Assembly (NCBI RefSeq): GCF_001194135.2
Contig: NC_068986.1
Span: 25,352,925 to 25,416,924 of the forward strand
Length of the DNA: 64,000 nucleotides
Source of the DNA: Octopus bimaculoides
Lineage: Eukaryota
Reading direction: 5' to 3'
The notes under the pieces are model-generated. The model was not told the origin of the DNA and searched no databases. It saw only the letters and a list, made by a program, of their open reading frames with translations. The position numbers and the translations under genes are program-made. The first letter of the stretch is position 1. Each line of letters begins with the position of its first letter. Shown here in pieces: positions 27,530 to 41,264 of the stretch.

Positions 27530-28372
27530 GTCTTTATGGGGAAGTCCCATAACTGGACACTAAATGAGCTAAACAAACTAGACAGGAAGAGACTGACAAT
27601 AATGATGGAATTTAGAATACACCATCCAAAATCTAACATAGAAAAGTTATATCTACAACAAATGGAAGCTGTTAGAGACCTTATATAACTGGAAGACTAT
27701 TATAAAATATTCATCATAAGACTACAGAGATATCGAAGTCCAGAGCCATGGAAAACTGTTACAAAGAGCTGCAAAAGAGGATCAAAACTAAAAAAAAACT
27801 GAATATGCTACAAAGAGGTCATAATGCCAGATAAATGTGAAAGAAAATAAACAACAAAAGCTGTTAAGCAACAAAAGCTGTTAAGCAACAAAAATCACAA
27901 CTAAAACTGGAACTACAAAATATGATAAAACAATGGCAAGAAAGCCCTTCCATAACAAATACTGGCCTAAGTCAAACAGAAAAGAAAATAAAACCCCAAC
28001 ACTGGTTGGGAAGCTCAGGACTCAAAGCAGAGACTGTAGAGTTTTCATTTGTGGCACAGGATGAAAGCCTCCCCATCAGAAACCACCAAAAATACATAAT
28101 GAAGAAAAATACAATAAGGAACTTCAGAATATATGGTGATGGGGAAGAAACAATAAATCATATTTACTCTGGCTGCCCANNNNNNNNNNNNNNNNNNNNN
28201 NNNNNNNNNNNNNNNNNNNNNNNNNNNNNNNNNNNNNNNNNNNNNNNNNNNNNNNNNNGATTTGGGACCTACGATCATGGAAAGCTATGCCCTCACTATG
28301 AAATGACAACAGAGAAAAGACTGTATAGGCATATCCCAGAAAAGGGCTCAGAATATGACAAAGCAACCATAT
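27530..28372 (+). mobile_element. Decayed R4/Dong-like non-LTR retrotransposon fragment
   Basis: WTLNELNKLDRK..HHPKSNIEKLYL, WLGSSGLKAET..AQDESLPIRN..KYI, ETINHIYSGCP and LCPHY..YRHIPEK motifs, with stops and frameshifts. Confidence 0.75.
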
Positions 28373-29103
28373 ACCTGCCAAAAGTTCACCAAACAAGTCT
28401 GGCATATAAATGTATAAAACCAATAGAGTAAACTATCTAATGCAAGTGATTTTCTCCCTTGTGCAGCTAGATATTGCTGCAAATATTCCTCTGAATATTG
28501 TCTGCTTTTCCCAACACTCTGTCTCCATTGCCATGAACCACACCTCACTGGTGAGGTTGTCATTACAGTCCATTGTGTGATTAGGGTCACCACTTGTGCC
28601 ACAATAAAGCTCCAATATTAAATCAAATTGCACAAATGTAAATGTTTGAATCATCTTTCCTACTTAAGTTTCCTAATTTTGTCCAATATTGTGATACTGG
28701 ATTGTAAGGTGAATCTGTTAAGTTCAACTAAGTAGAATGTATATTAATCTGTAATTTTCTACAAGCAGAATATGACACAAGCTATTGTGTATTACATTGA
28801 TAGCTCTTCTTGGATGTTTACTTCACATTGTAATCATATTTGTGTAAGAATTCAACTGCAAGAACAGAACAAAACAAATATCATCCCCAGTATACAACTT
28901 CGGATTACAAATGATGTTAACGCAATAATGAACTTGATTGCCTACAACTACGTATCTGAAAGTAATGTACCATTAGTGTTTTATACAGATAAATATATAT
29001 ATATAGTTCAAATTTGCAGAAAGCAAAACACAAAGACAGGTGTAGGAACAACAAGCAGATGTGTTAGTTTAATGCTTGGGAACAAAGGATATGTATGTAC
29101 ATA

Positions 29104-29170
<67 letters not shown>

Positions 29171-30090
29171 CACTAAACTCCATTTGCGAAGACCTATTGA
29201 GGCAAGTGAAATCGAAATCGAACTAAAATCGACGACTGGCACCCATGCTAACGTCGTCTCCTTCATTGGACACNNNNNNNNNNNNNNNNNNNNNNNNNNN
29301 NNNNNNNNNNNNNNNNNNNNNNNNNNNNNNNNNNNNNNNNNNNNNNNNNNNNNNNNNNNNNNNNNNNNNNNNNNNNNNNNNNNNNNNNNNNNNNNNNNNN
29401 NNNNNNNNNNNNNNNNNNNNNNNNNNNNNNNNNNNNNNNNNNNNNNNNNNNNNNNNNNNNNNNNNNNNNNNNNNNNNNNNNNNNNNNNGCTGGTGGCACA
29501 TAAAATACACCATTTTGAGTGTGGCCGTTGCCAGTACCGCCTGACTGGCCTTCGTGCCGGTGGCATGTAAAAGCACCCACTACACTCTCGGAGTGGTTGG
29601 TGTTAGGAAGGGCATCCAGCTGTAGAAACTCTGCCAAATCAGATTGGAGCCTGGTGTAGCCATCTGGTTTCACTAGTCCTCAGTCAAATCTAGTATGGAA
29701 AACGGACGTTAAACGATGATGATGATGATGCTTTACAGTTAGATGAGTTCCTTGTTGCTAGCCCCTTGTCCTAGTTTTTCCAGGAAGAGAACTCATATTT
29801 TACATGTCTTTGAAAGGCGTGAAGTGAGCAGACGATTTGTTGATAAGAGGATTGATAAGAACTCTGCTTGTAGCATACAACTTTTGCTCAGCACAATTGT
29901 AAGCAACCACAGAAACGAACATTCATAATTGCATTCATTTAGTTTCCATCTATCAAATTTTCTCACACGGCTTCAGTTGGTCTGAGCCTGTAGTAAAAGA
30001 CACTTGCCCAAAGATACTTGTCAAAGACACTTCCACAATAGAACTGAACTTCAAGCCATGTGATTCTTAACAACACTGCCATGCTGAGCA

Positions 30091-30139
<49 letters not shown>

Positions 30140-30940
30140 TACATTTAAAGTAGAGGTTTTATAGTCAAATGTCCCTTCTTTCACAATCCCCTACTCTCTC
30201 TCTCTCTCTCTGAGCCTCTCTCTCTCTCTGAGTCTCTCTCTCCCCTAATTTTCCTTAAGCATCAAGTTTGTTTCCAAATGAGATGACAACTAATTTGACA
30301 GAAACTTTCACAGAACAAATCTTATAAAATCTGCAATAATAGTAACACTTCATTTTTAGCTCTTATATTTCTCTCCTTCCTTCCTTCTTTCTTTTTTCTT
30401 CTTTTCTTTCTTCTGTTCTTGTTGCTCCGTGTTTCTCCCCCTCCCCCTCTCTCTCTCACCTATTTTCTTTCACATTTTCTAAGATCAATGAGGTTTCCTA
30501 CTCTGACTCATTGTCCCCTATTATGATGCCGCCATCTTCTCAGCTTTGTTCTCAACTGACATCACAAACCTGCTCCCTTTTTCCACCTCACCCTTCACCA
30601 CTCACCATCGTTTCATCAGTTCTGTTCTTTAAATGACGAGTCACATTCCAAAATTAGTTTCCCTGTTAACGAGAAAACTACATACAACCAGGCAGAAGCA
30701 ATATCCATTGTAGCTGTTATTATGATTTGATTTCTAAACATCATTTTATATATGTTTTAGCTTTCAAATGGCACCACCCCACTGGCTAGATGAGCAGGCC
30801 AACATTCCCCACTGATTGAAGTGGAGTGAAATGAAGTGTTTTGCTCAAGGGCACAACGCATCACCCAGTCAGGGAAACTGGGCCCATGAGCCTGGCTAGG
30901 CTTTAAAAGGGCGGATAATAAATAATAATATATATATGTG

Positions 30941-30987
<47 letters not shown>

Positions 30988-31359
30988 NNNNNNNNNNNNN
31001 NNNNNNNNNNNNNNNNNNNNNNNNNNNNNNNNNNNNNNNNNNNNNNNNNNNNNNNNNNNNNNNNNNNNNNNNNNNNNNNNNNNNNNNNNNNNNNNNNNNN
31101 NNNNNNNNNNNNNNNNNNNNNNNNNNNNNNNNNNNNNNNNNNNNNNNNNNNNNNNNNNNNNNNNNNNNNNNNNNNNNNNNNNNNNNNNNNNNNNNNNNNN
31201 NNNNNNNNNNNNNNNNNNNNNNNNNNNNNNNNNNNNNNNNNNNNNNNNNNNNNNNNNNNNNNNNNNNNNNNNNNNNNNNNNNNNNNNNNNNNNNNNNNNN
31301 NNNNNNNNNNNNNNNNNNNNNNNNNNNNNNNNNNNNNNNNNNNNNNNNNNNNNNNNNNN

Positions 31360-31605
31360 AGTAACTGCACGATAAAGTGTAGTATATTGCCACTTAAGTG
31401 TGGCTGACCCCTAGGGGTGGATGTTACTGTTGCTTTTAGCCCCAGGAGGACATCTCCTCCAGCTGGCTTATCGACACACGACTGTGTCCTGTTTGCCAAG
31501 GGAAGTTATCCCTCTCACCTCGATCAGCAGCACGAACGTATCCGGATTTCAGGGTTATTTCCCTTCGTCGGCGTTCGACAGCTGATGACCTTGGTGAGAG
31601 AGACA
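31360..31605 (-). mobile_element. Structured hammerhead-bearing element, family H2 (Penelope pseudo-LTR or retrozyme-like)
   Basis: Near-identical inverted copy of 42631-42876. GC-rich and multi-hairpin, with (TA)n on the right and a gap followed by (TA)n on the left. Confidence 0.7.
31533..31577 (-). ncRNA. Second copy of the CCGACGA-core hammerhead ribozyme
   Basis: Reverse complement reads CGAACG CCGACGA AGGG AAATAA CCCT GAAA TCCGGA TA CGTTCG. It is identical to the 42659 copy except for an AUA cleavage triplet. Confidence 0.72.
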
Positions 31606-31627
31606 TATATATATATGGAATTTTGAA

Positions 31628-31700
31628 TTTAGTTCACAGATCCCCAGTTCTACCTTTGCGGACCACCAGAGGTGCATAGACCCCAGGTTGGGAATCACTG
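31628..31700 (+). mobile_element. hAT/Charlie-like MITE right end
   Basis: Ends gaccccaggttgggaatcactg. Confidence 0.45.
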
Positions 31701-32696
31701 CTCTAGATCAAACCTTGTTATTCATTTGACTACCTATTTGATATCTCTATGTCCTGATATGTACTATCCACTCAGAGCTGACCTCAGGTCACACAACAAC
31801 AACAACAACAACAACAACACACATAGAAAGGACTGATGTTGTCTGAATTCTAATAAAAGAATCCCCAGACTTGTAGAGTGGTTTGAAACATGTAAATAAA
31901 TAGTGTTTGTTTGTTTGTTTTCCCTTATGTCTAAATTTATAAGGCAGTGTGGGAATAAGTTTGTTTGATGTTTACAGCTTTTCTCAAAATCATTTGTGTC
32001 AGAATAGAAATGACCTGAAAGGATGACTAGGAAGTGAAGTAAATACATAGACTTAACTGACCACACTACAATGGTTGCTTGCTTTTTCAAATGTAAATAT
32101 TATTAAGAAAAAACAGATAAAATTGTTTTGCTAAATTTTTCATTGTTTTCAAAATTATCTGAAACAGTGTCACTGTATTTCAACAGAAATATGGTAATGA
32201 AAGGGTTAAACAGATGTTTAATTTATATTATACATGCAAATGACACTGATTAAAGCAAATTGATAAATTTGGGAGTATTACACAAGCGCTAACTGCTGTG
32301 TGTTTGAGTGTAAATAGTTACATATAAAGATGTAATGAGTGTAAATTAATTTGATGGAAACTTAGATAGCTAGATAGATACATAGATAGATATTTAGAAA
32401 TTTCGATGTGATCTTGATAACATATGTTATATTAAGCTGGGAATGCAGCTTTAAAAACCTCCCAAAATTATTATATTCTTATTCTCTTTTGTTCCTGATT
32501 AATATCTTTTACTTCCTTACAACTGTAAAGATTTTGTGGGCGTGAGTCAGGGATTAGAGGAGCTGGGGAGTGAAATCAAGGGAAGATTTGATTAAAGTGT
32601 TTTGCAACAATGGGCCCTTTTGTAGCTTTTGTCTCTGACCTGGAAACTCTGCAGTTTACTCATTATTGCTCTTTGAGTTTAGGAAAACTCGGTGCC

Positions 32697-33164
32697 CTTA
32701 TTTTCAAACAAATAAAGGAAAGGAAACAAAAGAGGGGCTTGTCAATTGAAGCAAAAATGTGAGAAGTGCTCCTTTTTTTTTTTTTTCATTTATTATTTTG
32801 GGAAGATTTTTTTCAGTATAAAATAAATACAATAAAATAAAAGATAAAAATATAACAATGGCTGAGAGCTGTTATTGTTAAAAAATGAATAAATAAATAT
32901 TCTAGAAATTTCTAATGTTATTGCANNNNNNNNNNCTTATTTTCAAACAAATAAAGGAAAGGAAACAAAAGAGGGGCTTGTCAATTGAAGCAAAAATGTG
33001 AGAAGTGCTCCTTTTTTTTTTTTTTCATTTATTATTTTGGGAAGATTTTTTTCAGTATAAAATAAATACAATAAAATAAAAGATAAAAATATAACAATGG
33101 CTGAGAGCTGTTATTGTTAAAAAATGAATAAATAAATATTCTAGAAATTTCTAATGTTATTGCA
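32697..33164. other. Exact 229-bp duplication across a 10-N gap; probable scaffolding artefact
   Basis: 32697-32925 matches 32936-33164. The same pattern occurs around the 10-N gap at 34652-34661. Confidence 0.85.
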
Positions 33165-33574
33165 TGTCTTTTAAAGCACCCCCGAGTAAAAATGAAGAAT
33201 ATGATTGGAACAATAGGTTTTATCTATGGTGTGTATGTGTCTGTCTGTGTGTGTAGCCGAAAGTATTTATTGTTCTGCATTATATATATGTGTGCATTTG
33301 AATATGTATAATTGTGAATCTATCTATGACAATGTATATATGTATGTATATATATATATATGTGTGTGTGTGTATGTATGTGTGTGTGTGTGTGTGTGTG
33401 CGCGTGTGTGTAAGTGTATGTGTATTTGAAAGTGTGTGTGTGTGAATGTATTTATAGCTCTGTGTATATGTTTGTGTGTTCAAGTATGTGCAACTCATTC
33501 TATTTATGACTGTCTATATGTATGCATGCACATGTATGAGGACGCAAGTTTATGTGTCTGTGCATGTGTATGTG

Positions 33575-33619
<45 letters not shown>

Positions 33620-35509
33620 ACATTTGTTCATTAGTGAAAGTCTTTATCTTCTCATTAAGTTTTAGATGTATATGTGTGTGTGTATAATATATATANNNNN
33701 NNNNNNNNNNNNNNNNNNNNNNNNNNNNNNNNNNNNNNNNNNNNNNNNNNNNNNNNNNNNNNNNNNNNNNNNNNNNNNNNNNNNNNNNNNNNNNNNNNNN
33801 NNNNNNNNNNNNNNNNNNNNNNNNNNNNNNNNNNNNNNNNNNNNNNNNNNNNNNNNNNNNNNNNNNNNNNNNNNNNNNNNNNNNNNNNNNNNNNNNNNNN
33901 NNNNNNNNNNNNNNNNNNNNNNNNNNNNNNNNNNNNNNNNNNNNNNNNNNNNNNNNNNNNNNNNNNNNNNNNNNNNNNNNNNNNNNNNNNNNNNNNNNNN
34001 NNNNNNNNNNNNNNNNNNNNNNNNNNNNNNNNNNNNNNNNNNNNNNNNNNNNNNNNNNNNNNNNNNNNNNNNNNNNNNNNNNNNNNNNNNNNNNNNNNNN
34101 NNNNNNNNNNNNNNNNNNNNNNNNNNNNNNNNNNNNNNNNNNNNNNAATTTTGAGACAGGATGACATTCGCCCAAGTTATCATCCATTTGTTTTGTATTC
34201 TTTTGTTTTATTTTTCATCTTGTTTAAAACTTTCAAGAAATTCTTAAACGCCCTATTTTAAGCGTTACTTTAGATTTTCATTTATCACAGACTTTTTTTT
34301 TTGTTGTATTTTGAGACTACTGATTAATTTGAAATTATGAATTCCCTTCTTGTTTGAATTTAGCTGTTATATATATGTGAGTGCATGTGTGTGTGTGTGT
34401 GTGTGTGTGTGCATGTATATGTGTGTATATATATATGTGTGTATGCATGTATATATATATATGTGCATGTGTATCCATGTATATGTGCATATTCATGTAT
34501 ATATGTGTATGTATGTATATGTGAGTATATATGTATATATGTGTATGTGTGTATAAATATATGTGTGTAAATGTGTATATATATATATGTGTATGTATAT
34601 GTGTGTGTATGTATATGTGTATATATGTATGTGGATCTTTATATATGTGTGNNNNNNNNNNATATATGTATGTGGATCTTTATATATGTGTGTATGTGTA
34701 TGCATATATATATATGTGTATTTGTTTATATATGTCTGTGTATATATATGTATATACATATATGTGTGTGTGTATATATATATGTATATGTGCGTGTATA
34801 TTTCATTGGCTAGGTCTATTATTATTATCATCATCATCACCATCATCAGTCTTATTGTCATAATCACCATCATTATTATCTTTTGTGGTAATCATCTTTT
34901 TCATTATCATCATGTAAGTTTTTGTTCATTTTCTTTTCTTCTTCTTCACAAGAACAAAGATTCAGTGAGGCTGTTTATGTCTGACCGAGTTTTGGTTCCT
35001 CACTCTAATGATTCTTCTTCACTTACACACTGTTGTTGTTGTTGTTGCTGTTGATGTTTAACCCTTTTGATGCCAACCCGCCTGAGACCGTCCCTATCTC
35101 TGTGTTATAATAAAAACGCCTGTTCATATTGAGATTTAAATTTTCCATTATAGTTTCATCTAAGAACCTTTTGTTAAGTTATATTCCAAACGTTAAATTA
35201 ATAATGACAAAGCTGAAGCTTGGGTGGGTCATCATGCCAATAATAAACACATGCCTTGGTTCTATTTCACTTCTTTGTTTTGTTTTTTTTTGTTATTAGT
35301 CAATTGGTTAAATAATTAACCAGTTAACTAATCAATCATTTGTTTGATTAATTGTGTTATTGATTGATTAAATGGTTAATCAATTGACTATTATAAAGAA
35401 AGAAAGCACAGCCATAGTTATATGGTTAAGAAGATCACTTTACAACTTAATGATTTTGGATTCTGTTTTGTGAGTGAACTTGATAGAGAGAAACTGTATA
35501 GAAGCCTGT

Positions 35510-35540
<31 letters not shown>

Positions 35541-36277
35541 GTGCATCTTTATGTCTTTATTTGTTCCCCATACACACACTGCTTGACAACAGTGTTTGTT
35601 GGCTTACATCCCCATAACTTAGTGGCTCAGCAAAAGAAACTGATAAAGTAAGTATCAAACTAAAAACGAAATATGTACTTGAGCCAATTTATTTAACCAA
35701 AAACCCCTCAAAATAGTGCTTCAGCATGACTACTGTCCAATAGCTGAAACATATATATATATATATATATATATATGTTTGCATGTCTGTGTTTGTCCCC
35801 CCTACATCGCTTGACAACCGATGCTGGTGTGTTTACGTCTCCGTCACTTAGCGGTTCGGCAAAAAAGAGACCAATCGAATAAGTACTAGGCTTACAAAGA
35901 ATAAGTCCTTGGGTCGATTTGCTCGACTAAAGGTGGTGCTCCAGCATGGCTGCAGTCAAATGATTGAAACAAATGAAAGGATGAAAGAATAAATCTTTTC
36001 AAATACTTGATTGTTTTCAAATTAATCGAACCATTTAGACATAAATATATCGATGTGGTTTACACAGGTCATCTTAGATGTAGTATACCCTATGATCAGA
36101 GGTGTTTCAACTTTCACTTTCCTATCTCCGTTTATCTTTTTCCCAATAACATCTGCTTCTCAGAGCTGGCTGGGTTTTGCCTCATTCTTTCAGCCATTCA
36201 CATCTCACTTGTCCCTCCTCCTCCCTCCTCCTCTCATCATGCTTGATGTGTCCAACCTTCCAAGGCCCTGCACTAAA

Positions 36278-36430
36278 CACTAGCATAGCTAAAGGTGTGG
36301 TGGGGCAGAGGGGGCAGTCTGCCCCAGGCAGTACTTCTATGGGGGCGGCACCTCTTTTGGGTCTGCTGTAGGCAATATGTATTTTTTTTGTGGGTGCCTG
36401 GGGGCAGCACACACTCTAGCTACGCTCCTG
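36278..36430. mobile_element. Small degenerate TIR element (hAT-like MITE)
   Basis: Imperfect terminal inverted repeats cactagcatagcta / tagctacgctcctg around a GC-rich interior; no target-site duplication. Confidence 0.4.
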
Positions 36431-36789
36431 ATCCTTCTTTCTCAGAATGACAGCCCTGAGGAATTCCCTCTTGGCTCTTGTCTTCCTTGCAGATATTAAT
36501 TTTCAAGGAGACAAGAGGAACATTAATGGCATCAGTCTCATAGGTGTAGGAGAAAGCAGTGAGCTGGTAGAACTGTTAACATACTGGGCAAAATGCTTAG
36601 TGGCCTTTCGTTTGTCTTAACGTTTTGAGTTCAAATTCCACTGAAGCTTATTTTGCCTTTCATTCTTTCAGGGTTGATAAAGTAAATACCAGTTGAACAC
36701 TGGGGTCGATGTAATCAACTTACCCCACCCCCGTAAAATTGCTGGCATTGTGCCAAAATTTGAAGCCAATCTTACTGAGGTGAGAGGGC

Positions 36790-36960
36790 CTGAAAAAGCT
36801 ATAGGCATTACCCTTTCCTTCAGACCATGCTGGTTAAAAAAAAAAATTTAATTATAGAACTATCTTATCTAATGTGTCTTACTTTTTATGATAATAGTGT
36901 TATCTGAGGATGATTTGGCTGCTATTTCTAGCTGGTCAAGAGACCACATAAGGCTCTCTT
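36790..36960 (-). repeat. Old dispersed repeat, family F. Fragments also at about 2940, 6250-6440, 12020, 12650, 22855, 44370-44580, 47680-47760, 50840-51030 and 59210-59400
   Basis: Recurrent motifs gatttggctgctatttctagc and gacctatgatcaaag, highly diverged. Confidence 0.55.
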
Positions 36961-37051
36961 GTTAGCACATGATGACCAATGATTTTAGGGAAGATATAAA
37001 CATTATGGATTGAACTTCTTTCTTCTTGCCTGTAATTCTGAAACCTTTTAA

Positions 37052-37234
37052 CCCTTTAGCATTGAAACAAGCCATATTGGGCCCAAAATATTCTGCTTGT
37101 TTAATGCTCAAACTGGCCAGATCAGACCTCTTACTCCTACCTAACAATGTTAGTCTAAAAATAAACAATCACCTCTTTATTAATCTGGAAGCTGCAAGAT
37201 AATGTGTGATTAATTCAAAACAATATGATAAACA
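37052..37234. mobile_element. Truncated copy of the same piggyBac-like MITE, opposite orientation
   Basis: Starts TTAA|CCCTTTAGCATT and aligns to the reverse complement of 58061-58280. The right end is lost at the family D SINE. Confidence 0.7.
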
Positions 37235-37611
37235 TTGTTGTTGTTGGCACTCCGTCACTTACGACGTCGAGGGTTCCAGTCGATCCGATCAACGGAACAG
37301 CCTGCTCGTGAAATTAACGTGCAAGTGGCTGAGCACTCCTCAGACACGTGTACCCTTAACGTAGTTCTCGGCGATATTCAGCGTGACACAGTGTGACAAG
37401 GCTGGCCCTTTGAAATACAGGTACAACAGAAACAGGAAGAAAGAGTGAGAGAAAGTTGTGGTGGAAGAGTACAGCAGGGTTTGCCATCATCCCCTGCCGG
37501 AGCCTCGTGGAGCTTTTTAGGTGTTTTCGCTCAATAATCACTCACAACGCCCGGTCTGGGAATCGAAACCGCAAGTCCGCTGCCCTAACCACTGGGCCAT
37601 TGCGCCTCCAC
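37235..37611 (-). mobile_element. SINE, family D, with a small deletion in the head
   Basis: Reverse complement of family D. The deletion lies between ccgc direct repeats. The copy abuts a truncated MITE and has no visible target-site duplication. Confidence 0.85.
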
Positions 37612-39871
37612 TCGAAGAAAGACTTAATGCAGCATGAATGCCACCAAGGTATGCCAGTTTCTTTGGCCCACATTACTCCTATTTTACTTGTTTCAGTCAT
37701 TGAACTGTGGCCATGCTTGGGTTTAGTTGAACAAGTTGACTCCAACACTATTTTAAGTATGTACTTATTTTTAGTCTAGTGGAAAAATGTCCTCGGGCAG
37801 GTCCTGTACATGTGAATCTTCTCCAGCACTCTACATGACATGGGAGGGCCTGTACCCTCCCCTTGCTGCTGTAAAATAGACTACTGGAACTTCGGCTACC
37901 ATGACCTGTAATGTTGAGACTTTTTAATGCTTATATTAAAAAGAAAAAAAAAGAAAAAAGCCTAATTGATTTCAGTCAAATCTCCTGGCAGAATGACAAA
38001 ACATTAAACCAATTAGTTTTGATGGTGAGGATTTAGTAATTGTTTGGAACACACTCGTGTGTTGTCCATTTGAACAATGATTCACACAATGGTTATTGAT
38101 CGAAATCAAAATTTCAGTTTTAACCAAATATAAAAGAATATAATGGGATGCAAATATATCGAAGCTATTAATAACCATTTCTGTGTTAAAAGGTTCTTGA
38201 ACCAAACTTTGGACGGATTTGCTGTTGAAAATATTATGTGTAGGCAACAGTGCAGTTTAGGAGCTACAATACAGAGTTTCTTTCTGGTTACAGAAAATAC
38301 ATCATCATCATCATCATCTGTCCCTTTTTCTATGCCGACAAAGGTCAAACAGTTTGACAGGAACTGATAAGCTAGAGGGTTGTGCTGAGTTCCAATGTCT
38401 GCTTTGATATGGTTTCTGCAACTGGATGCTCTTCCTAACATCATCATCATCATCATCACCGTCGTCGTCGTTTAACATCCGCTTTCCATGCTAGCATGGG
38501 TTGGACAATTTGACTGAGGACTGGTGGACCAGGAGGCGACACCAGGCTCCAATCTGATTTGGCAGAGTTTCTACAGCTGGATGCCCTTCCTAACGCCAAC
38601 CACTCCGAGAGTGTAGTGGGTGCTTTTATGTGCCACCGGCACGAGGGCCAGTCAGGCGGGTACTGGCAACGGTCACTCTCAAAATGGTGTATTTTACGTG
38701 CCACCTGCACAGTCCATCATATTTGTATTTTATTTACTTTGTTGTATATAACTTTTCCTGTGGGACATTCCCATTACCAATTGCTGATGGGAAATCACAA
38801 GGATTTAAGTATGTTCCAACAGTAGTGATACCTCTGACAGTGCCATGCAATATAGATGCTACCAGGGTATGCCAGATTCTTGGACCCACATTTAAATAGA
38901 TACTCTCTTACTCTTATATTACTTGTTTCAGTTATTGGACTTTGGGCATTCTTCAGTTTAAGTTGAATAAATACTAAGTCTAGTGATGGCCTGACCTTGG
39001 GTAGGCCCTGTGCATGTTAACCTTCTCCAGCGTTCTCTATATGACCTGGGTGGGGCCTTACCCTACCCTGTTTTCATTAAGTAGACTTTGGCTATTGTGA
39101 CTAGACTTGGGATGATTATGGTAACTAATACAAACAGAAAGGCAGATCCCCACCACCATCATGAACACATGTATAACAGGCTTCCACACAGTTTCCATTT
39201 ACCAAAATTCACTCAGGAGGCATTGGTTGTCATGTGGTTATAGACAAAAAAAAACCTTCTCACATGCTGTACAGTAAGAACTGGAAACTATGTGTTTGCA
39301 AAACAAACCTCTTAACCACAGCCATGCCTGTGCTTATACATACAAGTGAAATTGATAGCTGATGGGCTGTAATTTAATATTCACTCAATCTTTGAGTGAA
39401 TCACAGTTAAGTGATTTGAAGTATTAAATTACTTGTATGCGAGAAATATGTGCCAAGCTTTTTTGGGATATTAACTGCAATCACGATATCTGCTTGTACA
39501 GGGAGAAAATCATCTTATCAGAGAAGTGATATTTAAGCTTTTTTTTTTTTTACCAAAAAGAAAGGCATACCAATTTTATAAACTCATTTAGTGCCCCTGT
39601 TTTCTACCAAAAAAATAAAAGATGTTGGGTCCTTTGATTAGAGACAAAGTTCCTGTCATTCTGTACAGGTCTCAGTTGAGTGCATTGTCCCCAGTTCTTT
39701 GTCTGGTATTTTGTATTTTATTACTGTTGGAGATGAAAGACAAACGTTGATCTGATCATGAAGGCTTCTAACCAGAAGATAAATGGTCATACCCAAAGCT
39801 ACACAGAATTTTTGCTTAATGTACCGATTCTGCTATCCCAATCCCATCAGCTCTCTCTCTCTCTGTCTCCC

Positions 39872-39938
<67 letters not shown>

Positions 39939-40099
39939 TGATTACATTTTCGTTTCAGTTGAAATTGAAATGCATGTAGACCACATTAGTACTTACTTTT
40001 GTAAGCCTGATATTCTGTTGGTCTTCTTTGCTTAGCTACTGTGTTACAGGAACATAAACAAACCAGAACTGGTTGCCAAGTGGTAGTGGAGGACTGACA

Positions 40100-40133
<34 letters not shown>

Positions 40134-40566
40134 TATACACAATGGGTTGCTTTCAGTTTCCGTCTACCAGATCCACTCACATGGTTTTGGTCAGTCTAGG
40201 GCAATAGTAGAAGAGACTTGCCCAAAGTGCCACTTAGTGGGACTGAACCTGGAACCATGTGGCTGGGAAGCAAGTTTCTTACTACGCAGCCACACCTGCA
40301 CCTATAAAATTCATATGCCTTCCATCTACCAAATTTCACTCACAGGGCTTTTGTCGGTCAATATTTTGGTTCATTTTGGTTTTGAGGAATGAGCTGTACC
40401 TGTAACCTTCGTGGACACACCAAGACAGATGAAATTTAATGTGGGTAACATTCTACAAACTGACAGCTACATAAAAGACAAGGGCACATAAGAGTTTCCA
40501 GAAGGTTGATGTTCTGGAGGAGAAAAGGACTGGATGTAGACCTATGGTCAAGTTTTAATACAGTGT

Positions 40567-40967
40567 ACTCTTTTACACTTTTACTTGTTTCAGTCATTTG
40601 ACTGCGGCCATGCTGGAGCACCGCCTTTTAGTCGAGCAAATCGACCCCAGGACTTATTCTTTGTAAGCCTAGTACTTATTCTATCGGTCTCTTTTTTGCC
40701 GAACCGCTAAGTTACGGGGACGTAAACAGACCAGCATCAGTTGTCAAGCGATGGTGGGGAGAGAAACACAGACACACAAACACATACATATATATATACA
40801 TATATACGACGGGCTTCTTTCAGTTTCCGTCTACCAAATCGACTCACAAGGCTTTGGTCGGCCTGAGGCTATAGTAGAAGACACTTGCCCAAGGTGCCAC
40901 GCAGTGGGACTGAACCCGGAACCATGTGGTTGGTAAGCAAGCTACTTAGCACACAGCCACTCCTGCG
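40567..40967 (-). mobile_element. Near-complete tRNA-headed SINE, family B, with an internal (TA/TG)n tract
   Basis: Head gcaggagtggctgtgt..ggttccgggttcagtccc, CORE-like ccttgggcaagtgtcttc, tail gactgaaacaagtaaaag. Confidence 0.85.
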
Positions 40968-41264
40968 ATATCGGTAAGAAGATGAAGAAGAAGAAAGAGA
41001 GAGAGAGAGAGATGAGCAAGCCAAGCATATCTGAGTGCATGTGGCACAAAATCCAGTATTTCTGAGAATCAGAAGTTACTGTAGTATCTATAGAAAAAGC
41101 AAAATGAGGAAACAGCATATCTATGGGCCAAAGAAGGTTGGTGTGTGTTGGCAAACAACTTCATGCCAACTATTTAGGTGATCCCTTTTGAGAGTTACTG
41201 CTCTAGAGCTTTAGAAGTGTAGACAAAGAGGATATAATAAAAAAATATAAATAAATGTTTCCTT

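Noticed and set aside
31582-31588. ctgatga on the plus strand of element H2 as a canonical hammerhead core
   Set aside because: It is not conserved in the second copy and has no matching GAAA; the complete fold is on the opposite strand.
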